A program made the translations under genes and the position numbers. The notes beneath the pieces are model-generated. The model had not been told where the DNA came from and made no database searches. It saw nothing but the letters and a program-made list of their open reading frames with translations. From positions 112,096,001 through 112,160,000 of the forward strand of contig NC_042997.1 in NCBI RefSeq assembly GCF_006345805.1: DNA of 64,000 bases. Direction: 5' to 3'. The stretch is from Octopus sinensis (lineage: Eukaryota). How positions within the stretch are numbered: the stretch's first letter is position 1; the number at the start of each line of letters is the position of its first letter. Positions 38,335 to 51,427 of this stretch are shown here, piece by piece.

Positions 38335-38663
38335 TAGACACATAGGTACCCACACGCACACACACACACACGCACAATGCACCCCCACACATACAAGTAT
38401 ATGCACACACAAAGGTACACATACACAGATAAACACATACGTACAATGCACACACACAGATCACAGTTGCACAAACACACATGCGGGCACATATACACAT
38501 ACACACACACACATGGACACACTCACACATGCACAAATGCACCCACACATACAAGTATATACACACAAAGGTACACATACACACACAAATGTACACATAC
38601 ACACACAAATAGACACATACAATGCACACACACTTAAACACACAAGTGCACAAACACATGCAG

Positions 38664-38700
<37 letters not shown>

Positions 38701-38725
38701 TGCATACATGTATACACACACACCC
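38335..38725. repeat. CA-rich tandem duplication (unit of about 155 bp)
   Basis: ATGCACCC...ACATACAAGTATAT.CACACAAAGGTACAC recurs at about 38378 and 38538. Confidence 0.8.
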
Positions 38726-38940
38726 ACATTTATTCATGGCGGATTGTAAATTATTTGATAAAAATCAAACGAATTCAATTTCTGTCGTTGTTCAGGAGAT
38801 TTTGATGAACAAAAAACAGAGAGAGAGAGACAGACAGACAGACAGGGACAGAATGAGAGAGAGAGAGAGAGAGAGAATAAAATGGAGAAGAATAATTTCT
38901 CTAAAAACAAGAAAATGGAGGGAAAAATAAACCAAAAAGA

Positions 38941-38977
<37 letters not shown>

Positions 38978-39134
38978 TCATAATAATCATAATAATAATA
39001 ATAATAATGATAATAAATGAGAAAAAAAAACAGACAAAGAGTTGCATAGAATCCCCTTTGATTGTTTAGACGGTGAAGAAAACTAAAGAAATAAAAGTCA
39101 GGAAGAGAGAGTAAAATTGCTGTTGTTTCTTCAG

Positions 39135-39241
39135 CTGTGGCCATGAAGTGATGTTGTGGAATGACCTAGATTCACAGCAAGATGGGAGATGGCAAAAGGG
39201 AGATAAGTATGCAACGGCATATTTATGTGGGTATGGGTGTG
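39135..39241 (+). CDS. Candidate internal exon (unidentified)
   Basis: Acceptor TGTTGTTTCTTCAG, donor GTG|GTGAGT; only one frame open: CGHEVMLWNDLDSQQDGRWQKGDKYATAYLCGYGC (phase 2 to 1). Confidence 0.35.
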
Positions 39242-39578
39242 GTGAGTGGGTGTCACAATGTATCTAAGAGTATATTCTTTTATTCCTTCATCCTTTTACT
39301 CATTTCAGTTGTTTGACTGCGGCCATGCTGGAGCGCCGCCTTTAGTTGAACAAATTGACTCCCAGAACTCGTTCTTTGCAAGCCTATTATTTACTTATTC
39401 CATTGGCATCTTTTGTCACAGCGCTAAGTTACAGGGACGTAAACACACCCACATCGGTTGTCAAGCAAAGTGTGTATGGGGGGGGGGGGAGACAAATGGA
39501 GACACACAGATACATATATACATACATACATACATACATATATATATATACATACACATTTATATATATATATATATA

Positions 39579-40718
39579 TGTCAAAGGTAGGCTAACTGGG
39601 AAGATAGATTTTGTATGTGGCAGATGCTCGGGAGCATTAACCTCCGAAAACCTGCTGAAAACAACTTCCGTCACTTTCCAGGGGAAAAAACTAGAAGTAG
39701 TTAATAGCTTCCGTTATCTAGGTGACCAAGTCAGTAGTGGGGGTGGGTGCGCTGAAAGTGTAACTGCTAGAATAAGAATAGCCTGGGCAAAGTTTAGGGA
39801 GCTCTTACCTCTGCTGGTGACTAAAGGCCTCGCGCTCAGAGTAAAAGGCAGGCAGTATGATGCATGTGTACGAACAGCCATGCTACATGGCAGTGAAACA
39901 TGGGCCGTGACTGCTGAAGACATGCGTAAGCTCGTGAGGAATGAAGCCAGTATGCTCCGATGGATGTGTAATGTCAGTGTACATACTCGACAGAGCGTTA
40001 GTACCTTGAGAGAAATGTTGTACCTAAGAAGCATCAGTTGTGGTGTGCAAGAGAGACGATTGAGGGAACCCGTGGAAGAGGTAGACCCAGGAAAACCTGG
40101 GACGAGGTGGTGAAGCACGACCTTCGAACTTTAGGCCTCACTGAGGAAATGACCAGCGACCGAGACCTTTGGAAATATGCTGTACGTGAGAAGACCAGGC
40201 AGGACAAGTGAGCCCAGCCCACTTATGCATGCCTTTCCTCCCTTGGACACAAAGACCTGTTGAGACAAGCAAAGTCGATATAGAACCTCATCTGACGACA
40301 GGTACCCATGCCAACCCCCTTTGCTTGCGAAGACATGTTGGGGCAAGCGAATCAAAATCAAAATCGAATTGAACCAGCCAGGACCCCTGGTCTGGTGGTA
40401 CGTAAAAAGCACTATCCGACTCGTGGCCGATGCCGGCGCCGCCTCAACTGGCTTCCGTGCCGGTGGCATGTAAAATACACCAATCCGACCGTGGCCGTTG
40501 CCAGCCTCGCCTGGCACCTGTGCAGGTGGCACGTAAAAAGCACCCACTACACTCACGGAGTGGTTGGCGTTAGGAAGGGCATCCAGCTGTAGAAACATTG
40601 CCAGATAAGACTGGAGCCTGGTGCAGCCTTCTGGCTTCCCAGATCCCCGGTCGAACCGTCCAACCCATGCTAGCATGGAGAACGGACGCTAAACGATGAT
40701 GATGATGATGATGATGAT
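39579..40718 (+). mobile_element. RTE LINE 3' fragment with an internal deletion
   Basis: KGRLTGKIDFVCGRC...FRYLGDQ...GVQERRL; about 100 bp missing near 40060; 3' UTR and (GAT)n tail; nested in a minus-strand SINE A (39280-39510, 41140-41260). Confidence 0.95.
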
Positions 40719-40769
40719 ATATATACACACACACACACACATATATATATATACACATACATACATACA

Positions 40770-40934
<165 letters not shown>

Positions 40935-41420
40935 TATTCCCATGCTGGTGGCACGTAAAAAACACCCAATACCCTCTCGGAGTAGTTGGTGTTAGAAAGG
41001 GCTGCCAGCTGTAGAAACGCTGCCAGATCAGATTGGAGCCTGGTGCAGCCTCCTAATTTCCCAGACCGCAGTCAAACCATCCAACCCATGCCAGCATGGA
41101 AAACGGATGTTAAACGATGATGATGATGACGACGACTTCTTTCAAATCTACTCACAGGACTTTGTTCAGCTTGAGACTATAGTAGAAGACACTCGCCCAA
41201 GGTGCAGTGCAGTGGGACTGAATCCAGAACCATGTGGTTGGGAAGCAAACTTCTTACCACACAGCCACACACATACATACACACACACACACACACACAT
41301 TTATATATATATAGTTAATCCAAACATGAAAACTCAAAGAGAAAACACAACAACGCGAGGACGTGGAACAAGTATAGTGTTATTGGACACTCAGGAAAGG
41401 AAAGGAAAGAAAGAAGGAGG

Positions 41421-41455
41421 ATTTAATGCTTCGAGTGGAGCTCTTCGTCAGAAAC
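41421..41455 (-). ncRNA. Degenerate hammerhead-like fold in a Penelope-type terminal fragment (element about 41312-41530)
   Basis: gttt CTGACGA A GAGC tcc ACTC GAAGC ATT aaat; canonical CUGANGA but damaged GAAAC and stem III. Confidence 0.45.
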
Positions 41456-41529
41456 ACAGGAAAAAGAAAGATCCAAGGATGGGAAGATGGAGGAAAAAAA
41501 TTGCCAACGGTACACACATGGTCACATAA

Positions 41530-41571
<42 letters not shown>

Positions 41572-41574
41572 CTC

Positions 41575-43153
41575 CGCCTCCTGGGAGCTCCTCTATGCTG
41601 ACGACCTTGCTCTAATTGCTGAGTCACTATCAGAACTAGAGGAGAAGTTTTAAGTGTGGAAACAAGGATTAGAATTGAAGGGCCTTAAAATCAACCTAGC
41701 TAAAACCAAAGTCCTAATAAGTAGGAAGGCAGGCAAACCACAAATCCCTTCAGGTAGATGGCCCTGCTCGATCTGTAGTAGAGGCGTAGGTAGAAACTCT
41801 ATAAGATGTACCCAGTGTAAGCTATGGCCACATAAGAGGTGCAGTAATATCAAAGGAAGGCTAACTAGGAAAATAGTTTTTGTATGTGGCAGATGCTTGG
41901 GAGCGATAAACACTGAAAATGCGCAGAGACCAACTTCTGCCACATACCAGGGAGAAAAACTAGAAGTAGTTGCCAGCTTCCATTATCTAGGTGACCAAGT
42001 CAGTAGCGAAGGAGGGTGCGCTGAAAGTGTAGCTGCTAGAATAAGAATAGCCTGGGCAAAGTTCAGAGAGCCCTTACCTCTTCTGGTGACAAAGGGTCTC
42101 TCGCTCAGAGTAAAAGGTAGACTGTATGATGCATGTGTACGAACAGCCATGCTACACAGCAGTGAAACATGGGCTGTGACTGCTGAGGACATGTGTAAGC
42201 TTGCAAGGAATGAAACCAGTATGATCTGATGGATGTGTAATGTCAGTGTGCATACTTGACAGAGTGTAAGTACCTTGAGAGAAAAGTTGGACCTAAGAAG
42301 CATTAGATGTGGTGTGCAAGAGAGATGACGCACTGGTATGGTCATGTGGCAAGAATGGATGAGGATAGCTGCGTGAAAAAGTGCCACACCCTAGCGGTTG
42401 AGGGAACCTGTGGAAGAGGTAGACCCAGGAAGACCTGGGATGAAGTGGTGAAGCACGACCTTTGAACATTAGGCCTCACCAAGGAAATGACTAGTGACTG
42501 AGATTTTTGGAAATATGCCATGCTCGAGAAGACCCGGCAAGCCAAATAAGACCATAACATGTTGCCTATGCTAGGAGCATAACCAGCCAGCTTATGCGTA
42601 CCTTTCCTTCTTTGGTCACTTGCAAAGACCTGTTGAGGCAAGTGAAATCAAAATCAATTCGATGACTGGCATTCGTGCTAGCGGGGTGCAAAGAGCACCA
42701 TACGAGTGTGATCGTTGACAGAGCGGCTATTAGAGTATGATCGTTACCAGCGTCGCCTTACTGGCACTTATGTCTGTGCTAGTAGGGTGCCAAGAACACC
42801 ATCCAAACGTGGTCGTTGCCAGAGCAGCCAACTGGCTTCCATACCCATGACACATAAAAGGGCACCATTCGAGCGTGATCGTTACCAACATCGCTTCACT
42901 GGCACATGTAAAAAGATTCGAGCGAGGTTGTTGCCAGTGCCGCCTGACTGGCCCCCGTGCTGGTGGCACGTAAAAAGCACCCACTACACTCTCGGAATGG
43001 TTGGCATTAGGAAGGGCATCCAGCTGTAGAAACTCTGCCAGATCAAGATTGAAGCCTGTTGCAGCCATCTGGCTCGCCAGCCCTCAGTCAAAATCGTTCA
43101 ACCCATGCTAGCATGGAAAGCAGATGTTAAACGATGATGATGATGATGATGAT
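41575..43153 (+). mobile_element. RTE LINE 3' fragment
   Basis: WELLYADDL through GRPRKTW with in-frame stops; intact PHD-type finger at 41759-41896; 3' UTR with about six subrepeats. Confidence 0.95.
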
Positions 43154-43165
43154 ATATATATATAT

Positions 43166-44311
43166 AAGATGTACCCAGTGTAAGCTATGGACACATAGAA
43201 AAACTAGAAGTAGTTGATAGCTTCCGCTACCTAGGTGACCAAGTCAGTAGCAGGGGTGGGTGTGTTGAAAGTGTAACTGCTAGAGTAAGAATAGCCTGGG
43301 CAAAGTTTAGAGAGCTCTTACCCCTGCTGGTGACAAAAGGCCTCTCGCTCAGAGTAAATGGCAGACTGTATGATGCATGTGTACGTACAGCCATGCTACA
43401 TGGTAGTGAAACATGGGCTGTGACTGCTGAGGATATGTGTAAGCTCGCAAGAAATGAAGCCAGTATGCTCCGATGGATGTGTAATGTCAGTGTTCATAAT
43501 CGACAGAGTGTAAGTACCTTGAGAGAAAAGTTGGACCTAAGAAGCATCAGTTGTGGTGTGCAAGAGAGACGTTTGCGCTGGTATGGTCATGTGACGAGAA
43601 TGGCTGAAGACAGTTGTGTGCAAAAGTGCCACACCCTAGCAGTTGAGGGAACCTGTGGAAGAGGTAGACCCAGGAAAACCTGGGACGAGGTGGTGAAGCA
43701 CGACCTTCGAACTTTAGGTCTCACTAAGGAAATGACTAGAGACCGAGACCTATGGAAGTATGCTGTGTGTGAGAAGACCCAGCAAGACTAGTGAGACCAT
43801 AACCCGTGGCCTCTACCTGGTATGTAGCCAGTCGACTTATACATACCTTTCCTTGTTGGGACACAAAACTCCACTTGTGAAGACCCATTGAGGCAAGTGA
43901 AAATCAAAATCAAACCAAATCAAATCAGATATCAGAAAGCAGAACCAAAATCGAAGTCGATCAACATCAATGGAAATTGCAGCTGTGATACCAGTGCCGG
44001 TGACAAGTAAGCGAACCATCCGATCGTGGCCGTTGCCAGCGCCGCTCCGACTGGCCACCGTGCTGGTGGCATGTAAAAAGCACCATCCGTCCGTGGCCGT
44101 TTGCCAGCTCCGTCTGGCACCTGTGTGGGTGGCACGTAAAAAGCACCCACTACACTCACGGTGTGGTTGGCGTTAGGAAGGGCATCCAGCCGTAGAAACA
44201 CTGCCAGATTAGACTGGGCCTGATGCAGCCTTCTGGCTTCACAGACCCCAGTTGAACTGTCCAACCCATGCTAGCATGGAAAGCGGACGCTAAATGATGA
44301 TGATGATGATG

Positions 44312-44313
<2 letters not shown>
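43166..44313 (+). mobile_element. RTE LINE 3' fragment
   Basis: Open from EKLEVVDSFRYLG to EKTQQD* (43791); 3' UTR and (GAT)n tail. Confidence 0.95.
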
Positions 44314-44345
<32 letters not shown>

Positions 44346-44800
44346 TGTAGTCTTATTATTATTATTATTATGGTGGTGGGAGCTGGCAAAATGCTTAGCA
44401 GCACTGCATCTGTCTTTACATTCTGAGTTCAAATGCTGCCAATGGTCAACTTTGCTTTCCATCCTTCTGGGGTGGATAAAATAAGGACCAATTGAATTCT
44501 GGGTTGATGTAATTGACTTACCCTCCTCCCAAACTAACTGGCCTTGTGCAACACATTTCTTCCAGTTTCCTTTGGTCGGCCCAGAATTATTGTAGAAGAC
44601 ACTTCTCCAAGGTGCCACATGGTGGGACTGAACCCAGAACCATGCAGCTGGAAAGCAAACTTCCTACACATGGCCACAACAGCACATATTTCTTTGTTAT
44701 AATACACCTTTTATCTTTTACTTGTTTCACTCTGTGGTCATGCTGGGGCACCATCTGAGAGAGGTTTTTTCAAATGATACACACACATACATACCATACA

Positions 44801-44831
<31 letters not shown>

Positions 44832-44851
44832 CATACATGTGTGTGTGTATA

Positions 44852-45712
44852 TATGGTGCAATGGGTAGATTGTTGATTTTAATTTCATGCATGCACATTA
44901 TTTATTTTTGATTTTGTTGTCTACATAGTATAGTAGGGTCAGTTGGGCACCACCTGTGAGAAAAACAGCACCATGATGCAATTCACTTTGCCAGAAATTT
45001 GGAAAAGACATGCTATACTGCTTAGCATTCATGCCAGAAGCTCCAATATGAAAATTTCAGAGTGTTTGGGTGTCAATCTGAAGACATGTACCAAGAGTGA
45101 TAAAAATTAAACATCCAGTCAACATCATGGTGTTTGGAGTGATCTCCATTGATGGTAACATTATGCCTCCATTCATCTTCCCACACAGCCTCAGATTCAA
45201 CATGGAGGCCTGGAGTGCCTGGAGGAGGTAGTGCTGCTCTGGGTCAAGAGGGTGGCTGCTGGAAGACCCTATGTCTGGCAACAGGACTCTGCACCATGCC
45301 ACACAAGCATGAGAATCCAGTCATGGCTGTCAAACAATTTCTGCGACCACATCACCCCAAACACCTGGCCACCTAACTCTCCAGACTGCAGCCTCCTTGA
45401 TTATTATGTGTGGGGCACAGTTGAGTGAGAGACCAACAAGACTCCTTGTAATACACCAAATATGAACTGAAGGTAAGGATTATGGCAGTATTCACCAACT
45501 TAAACAAGGAGACTGTCTAGAAGAGTTGCAAGATATTCTGAAGTCGTCTGGAGGACATGGTTGAAGCCAATGGTGATTTTATTTAATAAATTTATTCTTT
45601 AGTATTTCAAGATATTTTAATGTAATTTTGGTAAATATATCTGTTAAAATGAGATGTCAGTGTTATTTTTATTTTTGCGTAATTCAGATGGCAGTTAATT
45701 CACCACACCCTG
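44852..45712 (+). mobile_element. Tc1/mariner maT-type (DD37D) transposon, internally deleted
   Basis: QQDSAPCH...WPPNSPDCSLLDYYVWG with 37 residues between the two Asp codons (45285 and 45399); ends resemble CAGGGTGTG TIRs. Confidence 0.9.
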
Positions 45713-45750
45713 AATATATATACATATGTATATATACATAAACACATGCA

Positions 45751-45781
<31 letters not shown>

Positions 45782-45849
45782 CACACACACACACACACCA
45801 CACACACACACACACACAAACACAAACACACACACACACACAGGATGCA

Positions 45850-46096
45850 GTGAATGAACTGTCAATATAATCGCCATTGGCTTCAAGCATATTGGAGCTT
45901 CTGGCATGAATGCCAAGCAGTACAGCATGTCGTTTCCAAATTTCTGGCAGAGTGAATTACATCATGGTGCTGTTTGTCTCACAGACAGTGCCCAACTGAC
46001 CCTACTATATGTTATAGTTTACAAAATCAAAAACAATCAATGCACATGCACGAAATTAAAAATATAAAATGACGACAATCTATCCATCACACCCTG
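45850..46096 (-). mobile_element. Second, inverted and more deleted copy of the same maT element
   Basis: TA-CAGGGTGTGATGGATAGATTGTCG end; 45887-46096 matches 44852-45050, fused to the C-terminal EANGDYID segment. Confidence 0.85.
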
Positions 46097-46914
46097 TATA
46101 CACACACACACACACACAATGGGCTTCTTTCAGTTTCCATCAACCAAATCCATTCACCATGCTGCGGTTGATCTGAGGCTATAGTCGGAGGTACTTGCTC
46201 AAGGTGCCATGCAGTGGAATTGAGCCCAGAACTTCTCACCACACAGCCATACCTGCATCTATATATAGATATATTACCAAATTTAAAGAGGTCAACAGTA
46301 AATCTATTGGAGAAAAAGACCGAATTATTGAAAAATTCTAGTTCCATAAATATTAATAGTTCTATAACAGATATGAAAGGAGAATAAATCTTTCTGATGT
46401 GAAAAGAAAGTGTTGTCCTTTTTTTTTTGTATATTTCAGCAAAGTATTGATGTTTATTTCATTTAAAGGATACCAGCTTTGAAGGTTTGTCAGGAATTCC
46501 AGTTCACAGAGAATATTGTGATGAGAGCATAAACATTGCCCTTGGTTCCTTATTTTCCCTTCCCTTGTTTTTATCTTCTGTCTGTCATCTTTTATTTGTT
46601 TCAGTCATTTGACTGTGGGCACCAACTTGAAGGGTTTTAGATGAATGGATCGGCCCCAGGACTTGTGTTGTTTTAAGTCTAGTTCTTATTCCATTGGTCT
46701 TTTTTGGCTCAACTATTATGTTAAGGGGATGTAGACAAACCAACACTGGTTGTGAAGTGTTGGAGGTGTGGGGTGTGGGGGGGACAAACACAGTGATAAA
46801 GACACACAAACTAACAGAAATATATATATATGTGTGTATGCATGTGTGTATGTATGTATGTATGTATGTATGTATGTATGTATGTATGTATGCATACGCA
46901 TATATATATATTCT

Positions 46915-47112
46915 TTTGCTTGCTTCAGTCATTTGACTGTGGCCATGCTGGAGCACCGCCTTTAGTTGAAAAAATCGACCTCAGGAATTATTCTTTGTAC
47001 GCCTAGTACTTATTCTATCAGTCTCTTTTGCCAAGCTGCTAAGTCATGGGGCTATAAAACACATCAGCATCAGTTGTCAAGCAATGGCAGAGGGACAAAC
47101 ACAGACACACAC

Positions 47113-47166
<54 letters not shown>

Positions 47167-47300
47167 GATATATCTATATATATATATAGTATATATATAT
47201 ATATATTCGATGGGCTTCTTTCAGTTTCTGTCGACCAGATCCACTCAGAGGGCTTTGGTTGGCCCATGGCTATAGTAGAAGACACTTGCCCAAGATTCCA
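46915..47300 (-). mobile_element. SINE family A
   Basis: 3' half 46915-47110, (TA)n, 5' half 47208-47300. Confidence 0.85.
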
Positions 47301-47717
47301 TGCAGTGGAACTAACCTGGAACCATAATGGATCTGGTCGACAGAACCTGAAAGAAGCCCATCGAATGTATATATATATATACATATATCATATTAAATTA
47401 GAGATAAAACCACTATTAGGCAAATCATACAATGAAAAACTTAAGCCAATACAATAAGATTAATTAATTTATATTATTTTAAATATATATCAAAATTATT
47501 AACTAGATATATATATACATATATATAATATAATATATATAATATATATATATATATATAATGTGAATAGAAAGATGAATAATCTTGTAGTAGATTAATC
47601 AAAAGTTTAACCGATACCTTAGTAGCAAAAATCACAGCAGTAAACAGCACGGTTGGAGGTACAAACCATCTGGCGTTGCAACCGTGCGTTGGTGCGGATA
47701 ATTGAAATTAAACTTAT

Positions 47718-47811
47718 TGGTGAATTGAAGAAATGGAGCTGAACGCAGATTGAACAGAAATAAAACGATTTCTGTTCAATCTGCGTTCAGCTCCATTTCT
47801 TCAATTCACCA
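47718..47811. repeat. Perfect 44-bp palindrome with a 6-nt loop
   Basis: 47718-47761 is the exact reverse complement of 47768-47811; loop AAAACG. Confidence 0.98.
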
Positions 47812-48140
47812 TAGTTTTTATATATATATATATTATATATTTGTGTGTGTTTCTGTGTTTCCTCCACCATTGCTTGAACTGATGCTGATTGTTTATTATA
47901 TAATATATATATATATATATATAATATATATATATTACTATAACAATATAGGATGAAGTCCCTTTCCTACAGAAAAGGAATCCATCAGGAAGCGTGGGCA
48001 GGATATTAAAAAAAAACCGTTACGGTTGAAGTATAAACATCATATAATTAAGGGCTAAATTCTCCTGTAGCAAGCGGATTATAAGTGGATAAATCAGTGT
48101 ATTGGCTTTAGAATAACCCTCTTTAGCCCTTAATTATATG

Positions 48141-48182
<42 letters not shown>

Positions 48183-49049
48183 ATATACATATACATATAT
48201 ATATATACACATACATACACTCACACTTACACACACACACATATACTCACATACACATACACACACACACCTCACGCTTTCACACATTCTCCATCCTTCA
48301 TACTCATTCACTAGAAGACACACACCCATGGTGCCACACAGTGAGACTGAACCTAAAACCATGAGGTTGCAAAATTAGCTTCTTTAACCCCACAACCATG
48401 CCTACATCTATTTTGAACAATAAACAGAATTTTTTGAATTTTTTTTTTCTGGAAGTAATTTTTAAAAATAAAACAAAATTACACAAATGTAATCTTTGTG
48501 TTATTATTTGCAGCTAGAATATCTCGATGTTGTCTGGTGCCCATGGTAACAAAGTTATTTTATGCTGTATTGCATAGAAAAAAAGAGATAGTCGATCTAC
48601 TATTGGTACTTAGAGGAATTTGGAGAGAAATAGTAAGAGCAGATGAACTTAGAGAGAGACATTGGCCTGGAGTAAGTGGAGGTCTTTGTTGCCAGCATCC
48701 AGTCGAAGAGGTGAGAGGTAAGAATTAGTAGATTCTATGTCAGTGCAGACACTAAAAGCTGGAATATTGTCTGGCAATGGACAGCAGAGATGGGCGAGAG
48801 ATTGGTGTTTTAAAAACAAAATAAGATTTGTGGTTTGGATATTAGGAGGTGGTGATGGTTGTAGTTGGAGTGGTGGGGAGGATTAGTTTGTACAAAGTCT
48901 CTGTGAAAAGAAATTCGGAATATGATGATGGTAGTTGATAGAAGATTTTATGAATAATGGTAAAACTAGATGAATAAGCAGTAGAGGTTTTACAGCATCA
49001 AGGGAATTGTTATGCTTAGACTACTGCTAACACTCTGCCATTATGACAA

Positions 49050-49650
49050 CGAAGGTTTCCATTGATTTGATCTATGGAGCTGCCTGTTTGTGAAATTAAC
49101 CGGCAAGTGGCTGAGCGCTGCACAGACACACTTGCCCTTAACATAGTTCTCAGGGAGTTTCAGCGTGACACAGGATGTGACATGGCCTAGTGGTTAGAGC
49201 AGTGGACTCGCGGTCGACAGATCGTGGGTTCGAATCTCAGACCGGGCAATGTGTGTGTTTATGAGCGAAACACCTAAGCTCCACGCGGCTCTGGCAGAAG
49301 GTTATGGCGGACTTCTGTTGACTTTTTCACAACAACTTTCTCTCACTCTTTCCTCCTGCATCTTGCAGCTTACCTGCAAAAGACCGGCATCCCATCCAGG
49401 TGGGGAACCTATATGCCAAGGAAACCGAGAAACTGGCCCTTGTGAGCCAGGCAATGCTCGAGAAGGAACAAACAACAACAAGGCTAACCCTCTGAAATAT
49501 AGGTACAACTTGTTTTTGCCAGTTGAGTGAACTGGAGCAACGTGAAATAAAGTGTCTTGCTCAAGAACACAATGCTCTGCTGGGTTTTGAACTCACAACC
49601 TTACAATCGTTGGCCAATTACCCTGACCACTAAGCCACACACCTTCATGG
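49050..49650 (-). mobile_element. SINE family D split by a family-E insertion
   Basis: D sequence breaks at TGTGAC (49181) and resumes GGCTAACCCTCTG at 49482. Confidence 0.8.
49182..49481 (+). mobile_element. SINE family E (tRNA-headed, (CAA)n tail)
   Basis: A-box TGGCCTAGTGG, B-box GGTTCGAATCT, tail GGCATCCCATCCAG...GAAACCG, ends AACAACAACAA. Confidence 0.85.
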
Positions 49651-49764
49651 TTATGCGTAGTATGTATGAAAGAAATCTTTTCTTTTATCTTTTACTAGTT
49701 TCAGTCATTAGAATTCTTTTGTCAAATGAATCAAACCCAGTACTTGTATGTGCATATATGTGCC

Positions 49765-50355
49765 AGAGGTGTAACCAGCCCACTTATGCGTACCTTTCCT
49801 TCATTGGACACTAAACTCTGCTTGCAATGACCTGTTGAGGCAAGTGAAATCAAAATCAAATTCGATGACAGCATCGCATGACTGGCATCCGTGCTAGTGG
49901 AGCGCTAAGAGCACCATCTGAGCATGATCGTTGCCAGAGCTGCTGACTGGCTCCCATGCTGGTGGCATGCAAAAAGCACCATTTGAGTATGATCATTACC
50001 AGTGTCACCTTACTGACACTTGTGCCGGTGGCACGTGAAAAACAACATTCGAGTGAGGTCGTTGCCAGTACCGCTGGACTGGCTCCTGTGTAGGTGGCAT
50101 GTAAAAAACTCCATTTGAGCGTGGCTGTTGCCAGTACTGCCTGACTAGCCCTCATGCTGGTGGCACATAAATGCACCCACTACACTCTCAGAGTGGTTGG
50201 CATTAGGAAGGGCATCCAACTGTAGAAACTCTGCCAGATCAGATTGGAGCCTGGTGCAGCCATCTGGCTTGCCAGTCCTCAGTCAAACCATCCAACCCAT
50301 GCCAGCATGGAAAGTAGACGTTAAATGATGATGAAGATGATGATGATGATGATGA
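49765..50355 (+). mobile_element. RTE 3' UTR fragment with about six subrepeats
   Basis: Matches 42580-43153. Confidence 0.9.
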
Positions 50356-50358
50356 TAT

Positions 50359-50394
<36 letters not shown>

Positions 50395-50479
50395 GTATGT
50401 ATGTATGTATGTATGTATGTATGTATGTGTGTATGTATGAGTTAGAGGTATTTGCCTTATATATATATATATATGTATA

Positions 50480-50875
50480 TTTACATTTATTCTACTATTT
50501 GTTTCAGTCATTTGACTGAAGCCATGCTGGAGCACCACCTTTAGTCGAACAAATCAATCCCAGGACTTATTCTTTGTAGGCCTAGTACTTTTTCTATTGG
50601 TCTCTTTTGCCAAACCACTAAGTTACGAGGACATAAACACACCAACATAGGTTGTCAAGTGATGGTGGGGGGACAATCACAGACACACAAACACACACGC
50701 ACACCCATATATATGACGGGCTTCTTTCAGTTTCCGTCTACCAAATCCACTCACAAGGCTTTGGTTGACCTGAGGCTATAGTAGAAGACATTGGCCCAAG
50801 GTGCCACACAGTGAGATTGAACCCAGAACCTTGTGGTTGGTAACCATGCTACTTACCACACAGCCACTCCTGTGC
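50480..50875 (-). mobile_element. SINE family A, near full length
   Basis: Both halves contiguous around a short CA/TA centre. Confidence 0.9.
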
Positions 50876-51387
50876 CTATATATATAATTAATTTTAAAAA
50901 TGGAGGAAAAAACAAAGGGAAAAACAAAATGTGAGGAATGTTAATATATATATATAGATATATATATATATTTATATATATATATATATGTTTGTGTGTA
51001 CTTACATATAAGAGACCAGAGTGTACATACGCCACTATATGTATATAAAAAAGAATACAAAAAAATGGAACAAGAATGCAACAGGCAACAACAAGGCATT
51101 GAAACAGTTAGATGATACAAAAAGGGACAAGAAAAAACAAAGACGTGTCATTCAGAGTTTTCTTTCCACAGTCAAGTTCCAGATTATCTTTGCAGTTTTG
51201 GCTGGTTATACTTGAGACTGTTCCAATCTAGCCATCCCCAAGGAAAAATCTAAGCTAAGAGCACTAGATTCCTTGGAAGAAAGCTACGAATGTATATGTG
51301 TGTTGTGTGTGTTGGTGTGTGTTGTGTGTGTGTGTGTGGTGTGTGTGTTTTGTGTGTGTGTGTGTGGTGTGTGTTGTGGTGTGTGAA

Positions 51388-51427
<40 letters not shown>

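Noticed and set aside
47950-47990. Hairpin flanked by GATGAA and CATCAG that resembles a hammerhead
   Set aside because: No GAAA element in the correct position on either strand.
49182-49262. tRNA-like genes here and at 54248, 59640 and 26453
   Set aside because: A and B boxes are present but acceptor stems are not formed and each continues into a repeat body; these are SINE heads.
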